A DNA stretch of 64,000 nt from Rhynchopus sp. YZ270_cl-10. Its lineage: Eukaryota. The position numbers and the translations under genes are program-made. The stretch spans positions 806,001-870,000 of the forward strand of contig OZ037834.1 of the NCBI GenBank assembly GCA_964035575.1, read 5' to 3'. A model generated the notes under the pieces. The model worked only from the letters and a program-made list of their open reading frames with translations, was not told the origin of the DNA and did not search any database. Of this stretch, positions 43,270-54,676 are shown one piece after another. Position 1 is the stretch's first letter; the number at the start of each line of letters is the position of its first letter.

Positions 43270-46200
43270 ATGACTACCGTCGCACCGATGCCCACAGCAA
43301 CGCCTGCAGAGAAGAACCTGCGTGTCGTTGTGGTGGTCGACACGACAGGGTCGATGGGGCAGTACTGCACATCCCTGAGCGACACGCTGCCGCAGATCTT
43401 CTCGGTGCTGAGAGTGCTGACGGCAGGGCGTGGACAGGTCGACATTGTGGCGTACGAGGACTACTGCGACGGGACGAACCTGTTGAGGTCATGCTATGGG
43501 GACGAGGCGGCGGCAACAAAGTTCGCAGGAACGCTGCGTGCAGGTGGTGGTGGGGACCACCCCGAGGCTTCGAAGACAGCGCTGAACGAGGTTGTGCGGC
43601 ACCTGCGTGAGGCAGAGGAGATGCACACGATTGTGCTGTTCTACACAGACGCACCGCCGCACAGTGCACGCACCGGGGGCAGCAACTACGAGAAGGAGAA
43701 GAAGGCGCTTGCACAGATGCAGCCCGGTGCGGACTGGATGGCCATCACACGTGCCCTGCGAGAGGTGGGGGTGTCGAAGACGTACACCTTTGTGCCGCAC
43801 CACGACGACGTGGTGGTGCGCTTCCAGGCCCTCCTCGGCCCCGTGGTGACGCTCCCCAACACACAGCCCGCGACCATCACGAAGATGACGATGGGTGTGC
43901 TGCTGCAGATCATGGGGCAGGACTTCGCAGACGAGGCCCTGGGGGCGTGCGTGACGCGCTTTGTGAGCGGGCCTGCCCTGGACGGGCTGAGCGAGAAATC
44001 GTGTGGCGGCTACCTGAAGGCGTCTGTGACCAAGGAGACGCATGCAGGGGACGCGGCAAAGGTGGCGCAGCTGGTGATGATGGGCTTCGGAGAGGCTGTG
44101 GCTGTGGAGGCACTGCGCAGGAGCAACGGGAACGCAGAGGCGGCTGTGGACCTGCTTGTGAGCGGCGCTGTGGTGGAGGACGAGCAGGCACAGAAGGGTG
44201 CGGGGCTTGTGTCGCTGCAGCGTGGGACGCTTGACTTTGCACCTGTGGAGGGGTGGGCGTGCGACCTGCAGGCCTTGGCGCCGCTCTTTGAGAAGGACGA
44301 GAGCTTCCGTGACATGGTGTTCCGGACGCTGCGGGAGCTGATTGTGCCTGACAAGGCGGAGCGTGCGCTTGCGCTGACGTACAACCGCGTGGTGGGGCTG
44401 CTGTGGCGTCTGGCGTGCAGGCGCCGTGAGGACGACCGTCTTGCAGGTCTGGCGGAGGCGCTGGGCCAGTGTGTGGGCAAGCTTCAGGGGGATCAGCAGG
44501 CACAGCTGCGGACGTGGATCGACGAGTCGTACGACAGGTCTGCGGAGGTGTGCGAGCTCGTGGCGGGTGCCGGGACAGGTGCGGGTGTGTACGTGCTGGA
44601 GGCGGGGCCTGGGGTGGTGCTGCCGTCGAAGGACGACATGCGGTCGCTTGTGCACGCCCCGACACCGGCAGTGCTTGCTGCGGTGCAGAAGCTGCTGACG
44701 TGTGTCGTGTTTGTGGACGCCACGCAGGCAGACGCTATGGAGCTGCCGCACACCAGCCCTACCGACGGGAGCGGGAAGGTGCCGCTGTGGGTGCCGGCAG
44801 CGTTTGACGACCACCAGCTGTTCTCGATGCTCCCGTCGCTTGCGCTGCCAGGGCTGCTGGTGACACAGCGCCCTGCGTGCATCATTGCGATACTCGCCTA
44901 CCTGAGCGGGAACGAGCACCTGAAGGGGCGGGCGGCGGCACTCCTGGAGCGTGCCAAGGGGCGGTGGATCCCGAAGATCGAGAAGCTGGAGGACTACCCC
45001 GAGATCCTGGCGGCAGGGTTTGTGCGTCTTGTGGTGCGTGTGCCGGAGTTCCTGACGGAGGAGGAGACGGCGCTGTACGGGACGATCGACAAGGTGCTGC
45101 GCGTGCGTAAGGCACAGAACATGCGTGTCGACGTGCGGTGTGGGTACCGCCCTACGAAGGAGCGTCTGTACCACGACGAGAAGGCGGTGTGCTCGCAGTG
45201 CAAGACCGCACGCTCGCTGACGCTGATGAAGCGCGGCATGTGCGGGCTGTGCCACGAGGCTGCCACGCGTGCGCAGCGTGGCGACGATGCTGCTGCTGGG
45301 GATGGCCCTGCCAGCGCAGAGCCTGCGGAGGGGAAGTCGCACCTTGTGGAGTGCAGGACGTGCAGTGTTGTGTACGCTGTTGTGAACCCTGCCCTGCTGA
45401 ACGTGGCACCGAAGTGCTGGTACTGCCGCACGGGGGGTGTAGCGCCTGCTGTGGAGTGCACAGGGTGCAGGAACAGGTTTGTGCGTCCCGACGGCGTGGC
45501 AGAGGGTGCAGCGACTACGTGTGGGGAGTGCGTCCACCGCCCTGCAGACTGCGTGCACGTTGAGGAGGCGGTGTACAGCAAGCTGCAGGCAGAGAACCCT
45601 GCACTGTACGGACTGCTGGGGCACACACCTGCGAACGAGGAGGCACTCTCGTCGACCATGAGCACGTACAAGCTGTGGAACAAGCACCCGGAGCTGTTTG
45701 CGGAGCCGTCTGCAGTAGCAGCAACAGCAGCAGAGACGGCTACACCAGCACTGACCTGGAAGAAGCACAGTGTGATGAACGCTGCTGAGGTGTGTGCGCA
45801 GATCACCACACGCGTGTCCAAGGGAGACCTGGCAGATATGTGCAACCTCTGCTTTGAGGACGTCGCCGTGGCAGGGCTCGAGAGTGCATGTGGAACCTGC
45901 AACAACGTGGCGTGCCAGAAGTGTCTGAAGGCGTGGTACTCCTCGATGAAGCCTGGGTGTGTGTACACCCCCACCCTTGGGCTGTGCCCGTTCTGCAAGC
46001 GCCGCCCTTTGGGGAGCACGCTGGCGAAGTACAACAAGCGTGCCTGCGCGGTGGTGACGAGCAAGAAGCACCGTGTGGGGGAGGACGAGCTGCGCGCGGA
46101 TATGTGCTACGCGTGGTGTGCAACGTGCTACAAGGTGAAGGAGGCCTTCCCGAAGGTCTGCGGGGCACGTGTCGACGAGGACAAGATCAAGGCCTTCCGC

Positions 46201-46464
46201 TGCCACGGCTGTGTGGAGGACGCTGCACGCAAGGAGGCAGAGGCCGCAGCACTGCGCAAGGGTGTGGCGGAGACGGCCCTTGCCGACCCTGCGTCGCTGC
46301 AGTGCCCACAGTGCGCCGCCCCCACCTTCAAGGCGGACGGCTGCAACCACATCTCCTGCCTCTGCGGCTGCGAGTGGTGCTGGGAGTGTGGCGGCGACTT
46401 CACGAACGAAGACATCTACGCACACATGGAGGATGCGCACGGAGGCATTGGCATCGAGTACTGA
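43270..46464 (+). CDS. vWA + UBA + multi-Zn-finger + RING/RBR-like E3 ligase
   Basis: 1064 aa. MIDAS VVDTTGSMG, GGGDHPEA and TDAPPH; UBA LVMMGF..AVEALRRSNGNAEAAVDLL; several CxxC pairs; RING CNLC..CPFC; Rcat-like CPQC..DGCNHISCLCGCEWCWEC. Confidence 0.88.
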   Translation: MTTVAPMPTATPAEKNLRVVVVVDTTGSMGQYCTSLSDTLPQIFSVLRVLTAGRGQVDIVAYEDYCDGTNLLRSCYGDEAAATKFAGTLRAGGGGDHPEASKTALNEVVRHLREAEEMHTIVLFYTDAPPHSARTGGSNYEKEKKALAQMQPGADWMAITRALREVGVSKTYTFVPHHDDVVVRFQALLGPVVTLPNTQPATITKMTMGVLLQIMGQDFADEALGACVTRFVSGPALDGLSEKSCGGYLKASVTKETHAGDAAKVAQLVMMGFGEAVAVEALRRSNGNAEAAVDLLVSGAVVEDEQAQKGAGLVSLQRGTLDFAPVEGWACDLQALAPLFEKDESFRDMVFRTLRELIVPDKAERALALTYNRVVGLLWRLACRRREDDRLAGLAEALGQCVGKLQGDQQAQLRTWIDESYDRSAEVCELVAGAGTGAGVYVLEAGPGVVLPSKDDMRSLVHAPTPAVLAAVQKLLTCVVFVDATQADAMELPHTSPTDGSGKVPLWVPAAFDDHQLFSMLPSLALPGLLVTQRPACIIAILAYLSGNEHLKGRAAALLERAKGRWIPKIEKLEDYPEILAAGFVRLVVRVPEFLTEEETALYGTIDKVLRVRKAQNMRVDVRCGYRPTKERLYHDEKAVCSQCKTARSLTLMKRGMCGLCHEAATRAQRGDDAAAGDGPASAEPAEGKSHLVECRTCSVVYAVVNPALLNVAPKCWYCRTGGVAPAVECTGCRNRFVRPDGVAEGAATTCGECVHRPADCVHVEEAVYSKLQAENPALYGLLGHTPANEEALSSTMSTYKLWNKHPELFAEPSAVAATAAETATPALTWKKHSVMNAAEVCAQITTRVSKGDLADMCNLCFEDVAVAGLESACGTCNNVACQKCLKAWYSSMKPGCVYTPTLGLCPFCKRRPLGSTLAKYNKRACAVVTSKKHRVGEDELRADMCYAWCATCYKVKEAFPKVCGARVDEDKIKAFRCHGCVEDAARKEAEAAALRKGVAETALADPASLQCPQCAAPTFKADGCNHISCLCGCEWCWECGGDFTNEDIYAHMEDAHGGIGIEY

Positions 46465-48196
46465 TCCTGTGAGGGGTAGGTTGAGCTGGTAGTGTTTGGG
46501 AGGGGATAGGTAGGGGTTGGAAGTGGGGAACACACCGAACCAACCAGTGCTATACAAAAAATAAAATAAATATAGTGGAGTTCATCCTCGGGTGTCTACA
46601 CTAATACAAACCAAGTTTTCAAAATAAAATAAAGTAGTAATCCAACCAGCGTGCAGCGCAATCCGATAAATGCCACCCAACACACACAACGCGAGTTGAT
46701 CTAACCTTTTTCTTGGGGCGTGCACGGTTGCGACTCCGCTGGAGGAGCTGTTACAAAGCAAAAGCCTTTTCTGTTCTTGAGTGCGAAGGTGACTAAGCAC
46801 GAGAGGCTTAGTATCATCTTTTTAACTTCACTTTCTCTTCGTTCGTTCACCACATGGAAATCAATAGACCTGCGTCGATACTTTGTCTCAGTTTTCATTC
46901 ACGCGGGTTTTCATTTCAAGGATCCCTGGTGTCATCGACAAAATACCGAATTTGGGTAAGATTCTTTGTTTTTTTTTGTTTTTGCCCCCTTTTTCCCCTT
47001 ACATGTCTTAGCATTTTGTCATATGAAAATAACTATTCATTGTCTCTCTTCGTCCGACCCTATTTGCATGAACTCGACCGAGTTGCGTTTCGGCACCGTT
47101 TTTTAACCCATTGAACGCTGAAATGGGGGAAAAAAACGACCTTTTGAGGGTCAAATACAATAATCGGATTGAACGGGTCGCATTTTGAAACTTTGAAACA
47201 CCCCCGCAAACTGCTTTTTCTTCTTTTCTTTCCCCCTCTCCATTCATGCATACATCCACGAGGTGTCTTGCAGCAACCTTTACGCTTTACGCTCCCCCCA
47301 AGCTTGCCTAACCTCTTTCCCCCTTTTCTGTGTGCACACACGGGTCTACGAGATCCGGGGCACACCCAACACAACAACATGGCCTCACAACGGCACCTAT
47401 TTGTTCTTCTCTCCTCAAAATGCTACAACACACCCCCCACCTTTGCCTTATTACCCTTTGCCTCAACTACGTCAAGACTCACAAAAGCTCATAGCTGGAC
47501 ATGAGGATGGTGTCACCTGCTTGCTCTCCCCCTTCCGCTGGCCTTTTGGCATCTGAAACTCCTATTTTGAAGCCTGTGTCTGATCAAACCTGTAAGACAA
47601 CAGTTCCCCTTCCTCCTCCTCGCTATCATGAAACAATACTTCCTCGGAGAGGCGGGTGTCGCTGCGGGTGTCGCTCATGCTGCGCACTTCCACCACCATC
47701 TGACTCTCGTCAGAGTCACTGTCATAGCGATGCGTGAAAGAGACACAGACTCGTATGAATTCATTGTGCTGTGTTGGTCTTTTTTTGCTTGGGGGCGGAG
47801 TGGTGCATCTTCTTATCTTCCTGTTCATGTTCAGGCCAGTTCAGGAGGGGAGTGTAAATGGAAGGAGGCGGAAGGGAAGGCGACGCAGAAGGCAGTCAGT
47901 GGTGGCGCTTGCCCTTCCCGTTCGCATGCCTGCCCCTTGGTAGAGCCCTTGTCCCACCTATCGGAGGGTCATACGGTCCCCCCGACCGTTCAAATTTTCC
48001 ACTCGGGGCAGTCAACTGAGAGGAAGGCGCTATGCTCCAATATAAAGCAGCGAAAAAGGAACGAAGAGGCGGCGGGGGTGCTACATATTATGTGGGGGTT
48101 TTTAGTGTTCTACCTCCTCGCTGGTGTTCCACGTTGCAACGTACCCTACACAACTACAGATTTTTTGTTTCACACAAAAAAGTTTTCTATCAAACC

Positions 48197-50431
48197 ATGC
48201 GTCTCGCGCTCGCTTTCGCACTACTAAACGTTGCCGCTGGCTGTCGCAATATTTCGCAAGCCGGCGGACAGTGTGGTGGCATGACGCAGGACCCTTGCGA
48301 CGCAAACATTTGTGAGAAGGGACTTGAGTGCTTCGTCGACCCGAACGGACCCACTGACGTTCCTGGAACCTGCGTTGTTCCCCCTCCTACCTGTGTTCAC
48401 CCCGTGTCTCAGGAAGGCGGCCGTTGTGCAGGATACTACCAGAACCCTTGCGACGCAAGCGTGTGTGAGAAGGGACTTGAGTGCGAGTTGGACCTGAACG
48501 TTCCTGACAAGCCTGGAACCTGCGTTGTTCCTGCACCCTGCAACAAGGTGTCAGCAGTTGGAGGACAGTGTGGTGGCATGACGCAGGACCCTTGCGACGC
48601 AAACATTTGTGAGAAGGGACTTGAGTGCTTCGTCGACCCGAACGGACCAACTGACGTTCCTGGAACCTGCGTTGTTCCCCCTCCTACCTGTGTTCACCCC
48701 GTGTCTCAGGAAGGTGGCCGTTGTGCAGGATACTACCAGAACCCTTGCGACGCAAGCGTGTGCGAGAAGGGACTTGAGTGCGAGTTGGACCTGAACGTTC
48801 CTGACAAGCCTGGAACCTGCGTTGTTCCTGCACCCTGCAACAAGGTGTCAGCAGTTGGAGGACAGTGTGGTGGCATGACACAGGACCCTTGCGACGCAAA
48901 CATTTGTGAGAAGGGACTTGAGTGCTTCGTCGATCCGAACGGACCCACTGACGTTCCTGGAACCTGCGTTGTTCCCACTCCCAGCTGTGTCCACCCCGTG
49001 TCTCAGGAAGGTGGCCGTTGTGCAGGATACTACCAGAACCCTTGCGACGCAAGCGTGTGCGAGAAGGGGCTTGAGTGCGAGTTGGACCTGAACGTTCCTG
49101 ACAAGCCTGGAACCTGCGTTGTTCCCACTCCCAGCTGTGTCCACCCCGTGTCTCAGGAAGGTGGCCGTTGTGCAGGATACTACCAGAACCCTTGCGACGC
49201 AAGCGTGTGCGAGAAGGGGCTTGAGTGCGAGTTGGACCTGAACGTTCCGGACAAGCCTGGAACCTGCGTTGTTCCTGCACCCTGCAACAAGGTGTCAGCA
49301 GTTGGAGGACAGTGTGGTGGCATGACGCAGGACCCTTGCGACGCAAACATTTGTGAGAAGGGACTTGAGTGCTTCGTCGACCCGAACGGACCCACTGACG
49401 TTCCTGGAACCTGCGTTGTTCCCACTCCCACCTGTGTTCACCCCGTGTCTCAGGAAGGTGGCCGTTGTGCAGGATACTACCAGAACCCTTGCGACGCAAG
49501 CGTGTGCGAGAAGGGGCTTGAGTGCGAGTTGGACCTGAACGTTCCTGACAAGCCTGGAACCTGCGTTGTTCCCACTCCCAGCTGTGTTCACCCCGTGTCT
49601 CAGGAAGGTGGCCGTTGTGCAGGATACTACCAGAACCCTTGCGACGCAAGCGTGTGCGAGAAGGGACTTGAGTGCGAGTTGGACCTGAACGTTCCTGACA
49701 AGCCTGGAACCTGCGTTGTTCCTGCACCCTGCAACAAGGTGTCGACAGTTGGAGGACAGTGTGGTGGCATGACGCAGGACCCTTGCGACGCAAACATTTG
49801 TGAGAAAGGACTTGAGTGCTTCGTCGATCCGAACGGACCCACTGACGTTCCTGGAACCTGCGTTGTTCCCACTCCCAGCTGTGTCCACCCCGTGTCTCAG
49901 GAAGGTGGCCGTTGTGCAGGATACTACCAGAACCCTTGCGACGCAAGCGTGTGCGAGAAGGGGCTTGAGTGCGAGTTGGACCTGAACGTTCCGGACAAGC
50001 CTGGAACCTGCGTTGTTCCTGCACCCTGCAACAAGGTGTCAGCAGTTGGAGGACAGTGTGGTGGCATGACACAGGACCCTTGCGACGCAAACATTTGTGA
50101 GAAGGGACTTGAGTGCTTCGTCGACCCGAACGGACCCACTGACGTTCCTGGAACCTGCGTTGTTCCCACTCCCACCTGTGTTCACCCCGTGTCTCAGGAA
50201 GGTGGCCGTTGTGCAGGATACTACCAGAACCCTTGCGACGCAAGCGTGTGTGAGAAGGGACTTGAGTGCGAGTTGGATATCAACGTTCCTGACAAGCCTG
50301 GCACGTGTGTGGACCCGAACTCCTGCGACAGATGTCCTGCAGGTTATGCGCGTTGTGCGTGGTGGGATGTCTTTTTCGGATACTGCCAGAGAACGTGCAC
50401 AGGGTCGAGGGTGTGGTGCAGACGTGTGTGA
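48197..50431 (+). CDS. Secreted Cys-rich tandem-repeat protein (14 six-Cys modules)
   Basis: Signal peptide MRLALAFALLNVAAG. Modules A (GGQCGGMTQDPC) and B (EGGRCAGYYQNPC) of 49-50 aa occur in the order ABABABBABBABAB. Cys/Trp-rich tail. Confidence 0.88.
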   Translation: MRLALAFALLNVAAGCRNISQAGGQCGGMTQDPCDANICEKGLECFVDPNGPTDVPGTCVVPPPTCVHPVSQEGGRCAGYYQNPCDASVCEKGLECELDLNVPDKPGTCVVPAPCNKVSAVGGQCGGMTQDPCDANICEKGLECFVDPNGPTDVPGTCVVPPPTCVHPVSQEGGRCAGYYQNPCDASVCEKGLECELDLNVPDKPGTCVVPAPCNKVSAVGGQCGGMTQDPCDANICEKGLECFVDPNGPTDVPGTCVVPTPSCVHPVSQEGGRCAGYYQNPCDASVCEKGLECELDLNVPDKPGTCVVPTPSCVHPVSQEGGRCAGYYQNPCDASVCEKGLECELDLNVPDKPGTCVVPAPCNKVSAVGGQCGGMTQDPCDANICEKGLECFVDPNGPTDVPGTCVVPTPTCVHPVSQEGGRCAGYYQNPCDASVCEKGLECELDLNVPDKPGTCVVPTPSCVHPVSQEGGRCAGYYQNPCDASVCEKGLECELDLNVPDKPGTCVVPAPCNKVSTVGGQCGGMTQDPCDANICEKGLECFVDPNGPTDVPGTCVVPTPSCVHPVSQEGGRCAGYYQNPCDASVCEKGLECELDLNVPDKPGTCVVPAPCNKVSAVGGQCGGMTQDPCDANICEKGLECFVDPNGPTDVPGTCVVPTPTCVHPVSQEGGRCAGYYQNPCDASVCEKGLECELDINVPDKPGTCVDPNSCDRCPAGYARCAWWDVFFGYCQRTCTGSRVWCRRV

Positions 50432-52032
50432 AAGGTGCTTGCACATTATCTATTTATAGAGGTCTGTATCGGATTTTACACGGTTCCGTTGGGAGCGTTT
50501 TTTCTTTTGTAACTCACGAGAGGCTTTGGTCGTATGACCTGTTCTTTTTATCCTTCTTTTTTTCACTCCTTTTGTGGTCAGGATGGGGAAATGATGTACC
50601 TGCTTACAGTTTCCCTGTCAAAGTTTCCCTGTCCAACCCCGAAGTGCTACACTCCGGGGGTTCGATACTCCCGTGGAGTGTCAGTGCCTGCTGTCCCAGA
50701 GGCGTTTGCACTGTCTACTTCACTTTATGTTCGCTTTTTTTTTTTTATGCAGCGATGTGAGAACATTCGCATCCATCTGCTTTGGTTGCTTTTGTTGTTG
50801 TTTACCTTTCTGGTGCAGTGTAGTATGTAGTGACGTCAGCGTCGTGTCAGTGACTAACAGCACACGAGCATGCGCATAGCGGTGGGGTGGTTGCATCTGT
50901 TCTGTACAGTTTTGCTCACGTGCATCTGCCCTCGTAGCAGGCACGTGACACACCTTTCCCCGCATTCACGCTGTTCGTTTGTCCCCTTGGGTCGTCACAT
51001 TGTGTATGACACGTTCGAATGACCTCACCTCGCCCTACCCGACTCATCATATCAACGGAACGTGTGTTTCTCGTTTTTTTCATGAAAAAAACTGAAACCC
51101 ATTTTTCTGTTCCCCTTTTCATGGCTAAGTATAGACGTCTTGAGACTCATCTTGCCCATCTTTTTTTGCTCTTTTTTTTCCCTCAAAGGTACATCCCGGA
51201 TTCCGATGTGCATATGGCAGCTTGCAAAGGAAATGATGTTTTTTTTTTTATAAGACATGCATGCATTTCTAGTGAAATTTTTCAGTATCCACGAGTCGTT
51301 TTTTCCCTCCCGTGCTCCCCATCTCTCACACATACATTACATCTTCATCAGGAAAATTGTCAATTTTTCGTTCATTATTGTGAACAGCGTTTGGTGTTTT
51401 TCAAAAAAAAAAAAAAAAAAAAAAGTGTGACTGAGTGTGGGGATGCGTTCAAGAATTAAACTCTTCCCCCCAAACCCCCTTTCATCTCTAGTTTTCTTTA
51501 TCCAAACGTCGAGTGGATGCGTAATAATTTCCAGTTTGCAACCATATTTATTTTATTTGCACATGTTATGCGGGTATTGTATACGAAAAAAATACCGTGG
51601 AAAAATGTTCGACCGTAATTAGTTCGTCCTTTTCCGGATTTTTCTGGAAGTTCGTCCTTTTTTACGGTCGAACATTTTTTACGAAGACGGTACTTTGCTT
51701 TTTATTGACCATTTTTCAGCTTTTATCAAACATAACAGATACATAGGGCCGTCAAAAGCAAAAAAATTTATCATCAACAGCACCAACAACACATCACCCC
51801 ACCACCACCACACAGAGGAACACAACACACTACACACTTCGTTCCCCTTCCCTTCCCTTTCTCTTTCTCTCTATTGGTGCGTGCTTGTATTCGCCCCCAG
51901 AGATATTTGGAGTCTCTTTGCCTAGCCCAAGCTTCTTCACATACCAGCTCTCCGTTGTGAGGCGTTTTCTGTGAGTTGCAAAAACCCCTTTCTCCCCTTT
52001 GTTGTTGTTGTTGTTGTGTCAACAGAAGAATC

Positions 52033-54036
52033 ATGCGTCTGATCGCGAAGGCTGCATCGCTGATAAGCACAGTGGTTGCGTTGACCATCATCAGCGTGTA
52101 CGTCGTCGTCTTCCACGTGCTCAGGTTGCAACATGCGTATGTACATTGTGCGAAGCACGACACATCCCATTCACTCTAAATCTTTTGCAGTTATCACCAA
52201 ACTAAAATGCTTTGTTCGGCAAAAAAAACATACATACAGTAGAGATTGCACAAACTGTGGCAACACAAACCGAGGCAACTACACTACTACAACAAATTTA
52301 TCAAAAAAATTAGCGGTATCTGGTGTGGCTGAACGGGGGTGCTATTGTTGTGCTATTTTCTTATTTTCATGCTATTCTGGGCATCTGGATTTTTTTTTTT
52401 GGTGCGGCTACTTTCTGCTATTTTCTGCTTATGTTGGGGCCGTCGGCCACACCAGTATCCACGAAAGTTTCTATTACCTCCCCACACACAACACACACAC
52501 ACACGGAGTAGTGTTTCGCTCTGAGGACCCCACACTACCCACCCACATTTGCTCTCTTACCACCACCACCACCACCCCACACACACACACACACACAGTA
52601 CCTGCATAGGGGGCACCTTCGGCACCCTCGGCAGCGGTGTGAGCTTCTCCTCGAAGCCCTTCATCGAGTACCAGATCACACGCGACGTTGCGTATGTGTT
52701 CTCCATGGACCAGCTCCTCTTCGAGGTCGAGACACGCTACCAGCACATCGAGGTGTACAGCCATAGGTACGCACTGCCCCTATCACCCCACCATCCCCAC
52801 CTCCCCTCCCTCAAAACAGATACTTTGGGCATGTTCTCGTCATAGACGGCTCGCTGCAGATCACCGAGCGTGACGAGGTGAACTACCACGAGATGACTGT
52901 CCACGTTCCCATGGCGTACGTCCCCGACGCTGAGAAGATTCTCGTCATCGGTGGCGGCGACGGCGGGGCGCTGCTTCGATTCCTTCAGCACCCCAACGTG
53001 AAGCAGGCGCACCTCGTTGACATCGACATGTTCGCCATGCGTGACATGGTGTCAAGCTACTTCCCGTTCCTCTACTCAGCGTACACCGACGAGAGGACCA
53101 AGACTTTTGCGTATGACGGCAGACTCTGGGTGGACGAACAGCTGGAGGTGGAGGAGAACCACGGGACGTACGAGGTTGTGGTGCTGGACAGCACCGACTA
53201 CGGCGCGGCGGAGTCGCTGTTTACAGAGAAGTTCTACCTGCAGCTGAAGAAGCTGATGGCAAAAAAGTCGATTTTTGTCGCAAACGTCGACTCACCGTCG
53301 TGGAACCTCGACACCGTGACGTCCGTCCAGGCGCAGCTCTCTGAACTGTGGCAGTACTGCTTTATGTTCCAATCGCACCAACCTACATTCCTCTCGGGGC
53401 ATTATTCCTACATCTTCTGCTCTGACGAAGTGCATCCCATGAAGACACCCATCGAGTGGGACAAATGGGCCGCGAAGAACATCAACACCTACTACTACAA
53501 TGCGGATGTGCACTACGGATCCTTTGCACTCCCGGAGAGGGTGCGCAAGGAAATGACCATGGGGCTTCAGTACAACCAGCTCCCGGAGAGGCCGTTCACG
53601 AAGCAGGTATGTTTTGTTTTGTTTTTTTTAATCAGGTTTTTAATAGGTGTAAAGTAAACGAAATGGTTGAGGGGTTCCACCCCACGATGCATGATGGTAC
53701 CAAAGTACACCGTTTTGACACACTTTTAAGAAAAAATACGCGAATTTGCAGTGGGTAGCGTACGTTGTTTTTTTGTGAACATCTTCTGTTGTAGGCCGCA
53801 GGGGGTACTTTGTGCTTTCATCCGGGGCTGGCATCGGTACAGTGGGTCAGTCGGAGGTGCCTGCATTAATAACTTTTTCTTCACCTTTTTTTGTAACTTT
53901 TTTGTGGTCCGCCTAACACCCCCTTTCTCTACAGGAGTTCCAGCAGGTCCCGCCTGTTGACTACTCGAATATCCTAGACGCGAGGTTGGACGATGATGAA
54001 GACGAAGACGAATCGCAGGCACGTGAACAGGACTGA
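52033..54036 (+). CDS. Spermidine synthase-family aminopropyltransferase with an N-terminal hydrophobic anchor
   Basis: Exons 52033-52136, 52599-52766, 52820-53606 and 53935-54036 are all GT-AG and phase-compatible. Motifs TRYQHI, FGHVLVIDGSLQITERDE..YHEM, LVIGGGDGG, VDID, LDSTD and YYNADVHYGSFALP. Confidence 0.9.
52238..52309 (+). repeat. Dispersed repeat R7: GAGATTGCACAAACTGTGGCAACACAA..GAGGCAACTACACTACT.CAACAA.TTTATCAAAA
   Basis: Copies at ~21389-21460 and 52238-52309 (both intronic), and inverted at 1-63. Confidence 0.85.
52321..52454. mobile_element. MITE TGGTGTGGC...GCCACACCA with 5-bp TSD, in an intron
   Basis: GTATC at 52316-52320 and 52455-52459. Confidence 0.9.
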
Positions 54037-54676
54037 AAAGAGAGCACACACACACGAAGCCCCACCTGACCCCTCCACGTGGCTGATTTGAATGGCTCAT
54101 CAATTTGAACAGAGAGGGTTAGAAAACCCTACCTTTAGGACCAGGGTGCAGGGACGTAACAATGTGGCAAAGTGAATATGCTCGAGGGGGAAACGTACAG
54201 TGAAGGAGACAAAGAGACTTGGTGCGTTTGGGTTGTTTTTTTTATCAAGGTGGCTGAAGCACGGCTTAGGGTCATCTCGTAAAGTTTTCATTTTTTTTTT
54301 TTCTCCCATTTTGTGTCTAGTTTGTTACCCGGTGTTTGGGGGCTTCAGTGGATATAAACAGAAACTGAAAACGTTAATAAAAAAAAGAGTCCTCACGGTG
54401 GTACTGGGCAAAAAAAAAAAAAGTAAAACGCTGTTAGAAGCTCACACAAAAGAGCAAACCCACCTCCCCCTTTTTATATTATTATTGGGTCCGGCCAGGG
54501 TGGACTTCAGGGGTCCGGCCAAATGGGTCCAGCCATTTTGGTCAGACTTCACCGTGTATGTATCCCCGCGCATGAATAATACACGTGACCCGTCCCTCCT
54601 CTGTTCACGTTTTTTTTATTGCATCAAACACAAGAAAGGGGGGGGGTGTGAGGGAACCGACTATTTTAATGAAACA

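Noticed and set aside
43489..46557. 1022-aa antisense ORF
   Set aside because: It shadows the vWA-RING gene, is explained by codon bias and shows no recognisable domains.
48684..50243. 519-aa antisense ORF and many short repeated ORFs
   Set aside because: Shadow of the tandem Cys-rich gene.
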